Below, piece after piece: positions 60,210 through 64,000 of a stretch of DNA of 64,000 bases; the first letter of the stretch is position 1; each line of letters starts with the position of its first letter. The stretch is from an uncultured Clostridium sp. GTDB lineage: Bacteria; Bacillota; Clostridia; TANB77; CAG-508. A program made the translations under genes and the position numbers. The DNA is taken from the NCBI GenBank assembly GCA_930991035.1, contig CAKNRV010000003.1, positions 1,097 to 65,096 of the forward strand, read 5' to 3'. The notes below the pieces were generated by a model. The model searched no databases, was not told the origin of the DNA, and worked only from the letters and a program-made list of their open reading frames with translations.

Positions 60210-61094
60210 TTATCTTAATAAATTCAAAGGATCAATTGCTTTTGCAAGGCCAACCTCGTCATAAATGTTGAGACTAGCTTCGTCCGCCAGTACTCTAAAT
60301 CCAATTATGTGTACTTTGGTTAAGTCCACAGGAATTTCAACACCTTCATAACGTATGCTCTTATGAACAAAGTGACTCGCTCTACCAGCCTCAGCTCTAA
60401 TGTCCATCTCCATTGTTCTAACTTGAATCTCAATAGTTTGTTTATTTTGATTCGTTGGAGCAGCGTGTAAACATTGGTAGCCTCTCTCTTTTGGACGCCA
60501 AATATAGTCTTTTACACAATTAGAGAACGTATCTCTTATTAGCGACTTTTCTGGTATAAGCAGTCCTTCTATTTTTCTCTCAGTTTTATCATAATATGCA
60601 AGATTAGCAAGTGTATTATTTTTCTTGACTGTTAAAAACTGAAGAATTTCATTCATAAGCTCATAGCAAATAGCTTGAGTTTCTTTTGTCTCTTCTGCCA
60701 TTACAATAATTCGAATGCCAAAGAAATCTCTTAGTCTCTTCAACACCTCAGAGCTCGGCTTACTGTCTGGCTTGTTCTTTAGCAAAAGCATCATTTTTGT
60801 TAAAACACCAAGCAGGTCTTTTTGCCTACGTTTAACAATTATTGATACATTGTGCTTTTTTGAAATTTTACGGATTAACCCTTTTATCTCTCTTACATCG
60901 TCGTCAAGAGCCCTAATCATTTCTGATGACCTCATATTATTGAGTTCTATCAGTTTATTTGCACAAGCAATTCTATCCAAGTCGTCTTCATCGCTCGAGA
61001 AATCTTCAATTAGCATTTCCCATACATCGTCTATGGTAAATGCCCTTTCAAGTATTCCTTGAACATCAGGAAACCGTACTTCTTTTCTTGCCAT
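60210..61094 (-). CDS. RelA/SpoT-homolog synthetase-domain protein (divergent small alarmone synthetase / toxSAS-like nucleotidyltransferase)
   Basis: 294 aa. Motifs are RRQKDLLGVLTK (RxKxxxSxxxK-like, aa 89-100), DFFGIRIIV (aa 123-131), RGYQCLH (aa 204-210) and IEIQVRT (aa 221-227), followed by HFVHKSIRY. It also has an 85-aa acidic N-terminal extension. Confidence 0.8.
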   Translation of the reverse strand: MARKEVRFPDVQGILERAFTIDDVWEMLIEDFSSDEDDLDRIACANKLIELNNMRSSEMIRALDDDVREIKGLIRKISKKHNVSIIVKRRQKDLLGVLTKMMLLLKNKPDSKPSSEVLKRLRDFFGIRIIVMAEETKETQAICYELMNEILQFLTVKKNNTLANLAYYDKTERKIEGLLIPEKSLIRDTFSNCVKDYIWRPKERGYQCLHAAPTNQNKQTIEIQVRTMEMDIRAEAGRASHFVHKSIRYEGVEIPVDLTKVHIIGFRVLADEASLNIYDEVGLAKAIDPLNLLR

Positions 61095-61312
61095 TCTTAT
61101 ATCACCCTTTCTTAAAGTACAGTTTAGTTAAAAAGCGTTTTACTTACTTTCCTCCTTTTTGAAGTTTTTAAATGTGTTACTAAAAAATTATATCACGGCT
61201 ATACACATTTCTCAATCAAAACTCGTAGACAAATTGTGACAAATTGTGAGCTTTTTATATCCATTTATTTGCGTTTTTTCACTTTCTATAAAAATTATAG
61301 ATTTTATGTATG

Positions 61313-61342
61313 TTGACAATTTTCTATATTCTATGCTATTAT
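61313..61342 (+). promoter_or_regulatory. Near-consensus extended -10 sigma-A promoter facing away from the RSH gene
   Basis: TTGACA (61313-61318), 18-nt spacer, then TGcTATTAT (61334-61342). Confidence 0.6.
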
Positions 61343-61452
61343 GGAAATGCACCGTCTTTCTTATTGAAAGGAGGGTAGCTCTCTATGAAAGACCTGTTAA
61401 AGTTATTACAACTCTATTTTTTGTATTTAATTATAAAACAGATGGGAAAGTA

Positions 61453-61490
61453 TAAAAAAAGACTAGGAATTGCACTCCTAGTCTTTTCTC
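61453..61490. terminator. Bidirectional intrinsic terminator (better U-tract on the minus strand)
   Basis: AAAAAAA gactagga attgcac tcctagtc TTTTCT, with the stem at 61461-61483. Confidence 0.7.
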
Positions 61491-61647
61491 TATGATTGAC
61501 CTGTTATTTTTGACGTCAAATATATTTTAACATCATTTTTATTATATGTCAAATTTTTTTATTCATTTATTTTTTCAAAAAGTATCATTTATTCTATCTT
61601 TTTTGTAATGCAAATATTCAAAAAACATAGTATTTTCAATTTACTCC

Positions 61648-63558
61648 CTATTTTGCATAAGTGTCAATTTCTTCAACTACTTTTGCAATGAACTCGTCAA
61701 TTGGCATTGCTCCAATGTCTCCGTCTTTTCTTGAACGAACTCCAACAGTTCCAGCTTCTTTTTCCTTGTCTCCAAGTACTAGCATATATGGAACTTTTTC
61801 AAGTTGTGCTTCTCTTATTTTGTATCCTATCTTTTCGTTTCTAGCGTCTACTTCTACTCTTATTCCAACTTCTTCTAGCTCTTCTTTTACTTTTTCTGCA
61901 TATTCTTTGTGCGCATCTGCAATTGGTAAAAGTTTTACTTGTACTGGTGCAAGCCAAGTTGGGAATGCTCCTGCATAATTTTCTATTAATACACCTATAA
62001 ATCTTTCTATACTTCCAAAAATAACTCTGTGAAGCATAACTGGTCTATGTTTTTCCCCATCTTCTCCAATGTATGTTAGGTCAAATCTTTCTGGCATTTG
62101 GAAATCTAGTTGTATTGTACCACATTGCCATTCACGTCCTAAAGAATCTTTAATATGGAAGTCTATTTTTGGTCCATAGAAAGCGCCGTCTCCTTCATTT
62201 AATTCATAAGGCATCTCTAGGTCTTTAAGGACTTTCTTTAAAGCATCTTCTGCCATATTCCATTGTTCGTCAGTTCCCATTGAATCCTCTGGTCTTGTAG
62301 ATAATTCTAATGTATATTCAAATCCAAATATTTTATATACTTTATCTACAAGTTTTATTATTCCTTCTATTTCAGATTCAATTTGTTCTGGCAAGCAGAA
62401 AATATGTGCATCGTCTTGTGTAAAGCATCTTACTCTAAATAGTCCATTTAATTCTCCAGATTTTTCGTGTCTATGAACTAATCCTAGCTCTCCAGCTCTT
62501 ATTGGTAAATCTTTATATGAACGCATTTTGCTTTTGTATACAATCATTCCACCTGGGCAGTTCATTGGTTTTATACCATAGTCAACACCATCAATTTTTG
62601 TTGTATACATATTTTCTTTGTAGTGGTCCCAGTGTCCTGAACGATGCCATAGTTCTTCGTTTAAAATCATAGGAGTTTTTATTTCTACATAACCATTTTT
62701 TCTATGAATATCTCTCCAGAAATCTTCTAGAACATTTCTTAACACCATTCCTTTTGGTAAGAAGAATGGAAAACCAGGTCCTTCTGGAGCAATCATAAAT
62801 AGCTCTAATTCTTTTCCTAATTTTTTGTGGTCACGTTTTTTTGCTTCTTCAAGCATATTTAGGTATTCTTCAAGCTGACTTGCCTTTGGATATGAGATGC
62901 CATAAAATCTTTGTAACATTTTATTATGCTCGTCACCTCTCCAGTAAGCACCTGAAGAAGAAAGTATTTTTACAGCTTTTACTTTGCCTGTGCTCATAAG
63001 GTGTGGTCCAGCACATAAATCTGTAAACTCGCCTTGTTTATAGAAAGAGATTTCTTCGCCTTCTGGAAGTTCTTCTATTAGCTCGACCTTGTAGTCCTCT
63101 CCTTGTTCTTTCATAAACTTTATTGCTTCTTCTCTTGGAAGAGTATATCTTTCAATTGGTAAATCTTCTTTTATAATCTTTTTCATTTCTGCTTCTATTT
63201 TTTCAAAATCATCAGAAGAAATGTTTTCCTTAACATCAAAATCATAATAGAAACCATTTGCAATTGCTGGGCCAATTGTAAGTTTTACATCATTTCCATA
63301 AATTCGTTTTATAGCTTGAGCCATAATGTGTGAAGTAGTATGCCAATAAGCCTTTTTACCATCTTCACTATTATCAAAAGTAAGAATTTCTACTTCTGAA
63401 TCTTCCTCTATATTGTATCTTAAATCCTTAACCTCTCCATTTACTTTAGCGCAAGTAGCATTTCTTGCTAGCCCTTCGCTTATTTCTTTTGCTAAATCCA
63501 ATACACTAATTCCTTTTTGAACCTCTTTAACAGAGCCATCTTTTAATGTAATTTTCAT
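61648..63558 (-). CDS. thrS: Threonine--tRNA ligase
   Basis: Start trimmed to ATG 63558 (GAAAGGAAG upstream), giving MKITLKDGSVKEV (TGS domain). It has the editing-domain HTTSHIMAQA and class II motifs (FRHE-like HRHEKSGEL, GAFYGPKID). The 25 upstream codons in the track ORF are repeat-element sequence. Confidence 0.95.
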   Translation of the reverse strand: MKITLKDGSVKEVQKGISVLDLAKEISEGLARNATCAKVNGEVKDLRYNIEEDSEVEILTFDNSEDGKKAYWHTTSHIMAQAIKRIYGNDVKLTIGPAIANGFYYDFDVKENISSDDFEKIEAEMKKIIKEDLPIERYTLPREEAIKFMKEQGEDYKVELIEELPEGEEISFYKQGEFTDLCAGPHLMSTGKVKAVKILSSSGAYWRGDEHNKMLQRFYGISYPKASQLEEYLNMLEEAKKRDHKKLGKELELFMIAPEGPGFPFFLPKGMVLRNVLEDFWRDIHRKNGYVEIKTPMILNEELWHRSGHWDHYKENMYTTKIDGVDYGIKPMNCPGGMIVYKSKMRSYKDLPIRAGELGLVHRHEKSGELNGLFRVRCFTQDDAHIFCLPEQIESEIEGIIKLVDKVYKIFGFEYTLELSTRPEDSMGTDEQWNMAEDALKKVLKDLEMPYELNEGDGAFYGPKIDFHIKDSLGREWQCGTIQLDFQMPERFDLTYIGEDGEKHRPVMLHRVIFGSIERFIGVLIENYAGAFPTWLAPVQVKLLPIADAHKEYAEKVKEELEEVGIRVEVDARNEKIGYKIREAQLEKVPYMLVLGDKEKEAGTVGVRSRKDGDIGAMPIDEFIAKVVEEIDTYAK

Positions 63559-63581
63559 AAAAATCAACTTCCTTTCTTTTT

Positions 63582-63647
63582 TTGAACGTTTGGGACACTC
63601 CTTTTTGTTCAAGTTCTTGAACATCTGGGACACTCCTCTTTGTTTAA
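63582..63647 (+). repeat. Dispersed palindromic repeat, locus D (2 tandem units) inside the thrS 5' leader
   Basis: Units are ttgaacgtttgggacactcctttttgttcaa (63582-63612) and ttgaacatctgggacactcctctttgtttaa (63617-63647). They are antisense relative to thrS. Confidence 0.9.
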
Positions 63648-63775
63648 ATCCTAAACAAAGATTTTTTGTTGTTTTAACTTTTCTACATAATGAGATTTTT
63701 CTTAAACTACACCGTGTTTAAATGGTTAACATTTTATTAAAATTGTTACTTCATACCTTTATTACAAACAAATTT

Positions 63776-63990
63776 AGCACCCCTCTAGCAATTACAATAA
63801 CTGCCAGAGGGGTGCTTTTATATAACACGGTTCCACCCTTTGTTTTACTTAATTTACTTTTAACGCAAGCTTACGTCTAGTTTCCTTCGAATTTAAGTTC
63901 AGTCACATTCTAAACAAATAAATATTTAGTGCAGTTTTGCTTAATTTTTCGAAATTTGCCAGAAACAATGAGGTAGTTTTTCAAATACGT
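63776..63990 (-). promoter_or_regulatory. T-box riboswitch leader of thrS (terminator/antiterminator plus T-box sequence); the 5' part may extend beyond the window
   Basis: The minus strand reads AAGGGTGGAACCGTG (63826-63840), matching the T-box core GGGTGGnACCGCG. Next comes terminator AGCACCCCTCTGGC (63803-63816) / GCTAGAGGGGTGCT (63776-63789). Its 5' arm can instead pair with the T-box GGGTG. Confidence 0.75.
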
Positions 63991-64000
63991 TTATTTAGAA

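Noticed and set aside
61246-61455. 69-aa plus-strand ORF upstream of the terminator
   Set aside because: It starts upstream of the TTGACA/TATTAT promoter and has no SD. The SD-preceded frame is a different one (ATG 61385).
63559-63633. 25-codon N-terminal extension of thrS in the ORF track (MSQMFKNLNKKECPKRSKKERKLIF)
   Set aside because: This stretch is the translated palindromic repeat. ThrS homologs start directly with the TGS domain (MKITLKDG), and ATG 63558 has its own RBS. I kept only the decoy-start idea, as a finding.

Overview
AT-rich (hand-counted samples about 18-45% GC) chromosomal segment of an endospore-forming, Clostridia-like Firmicute. From about 10 kb onward almost every gene is on the minus strand. 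Core genes I recognise: glmU (partial), spoIVA, a gerA-type germinant-receptor operon, rnr, secG, a class A PBP, cysS, ftsH, tig-clpP-clpX, tsaD, lysS, recN, thrS with a T-box leader, and a heterodimeric ABC exporter. There are three accessory regions. (1) 20.6-31.3 kb holds nine uncharacterised genes: a HerA/FtsK-type ATPase, a very acidic repeat protein with a C-terminal HExxH...NEGxTE zincin-like motif, a YdjI-like SPFH/zinc-ribbon protein, and two zinc-ribbon/TPR paralogs. This is my best candidate for an undescribed system. (2) 35.7-38.4 kb is a very AT-rich type II restriction-modification pair. (3) 57.6-61.5 kb holds a 784-aa orphan protein, a solitary divergent RelA/SpoT-type (toxSAS-like) nucleotidyltransferase, and a small divergent gene with a strong promoter. 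Non-coding signals include a dispersed palindromic repeat of about 31 bp (7 units at 4 loci, one inside the thrS leader), a 21-bp perfect inverted repeat flanking 109 bp (inverton-like), and several long hairpins. Two housekeeping-type genes (gerA-A subunit and ftsH) are each broken by the same lesion, one extra C directly 5' of a GGWCC site. All calls rest on reading the translations and the DNA by eye. No database search was run.
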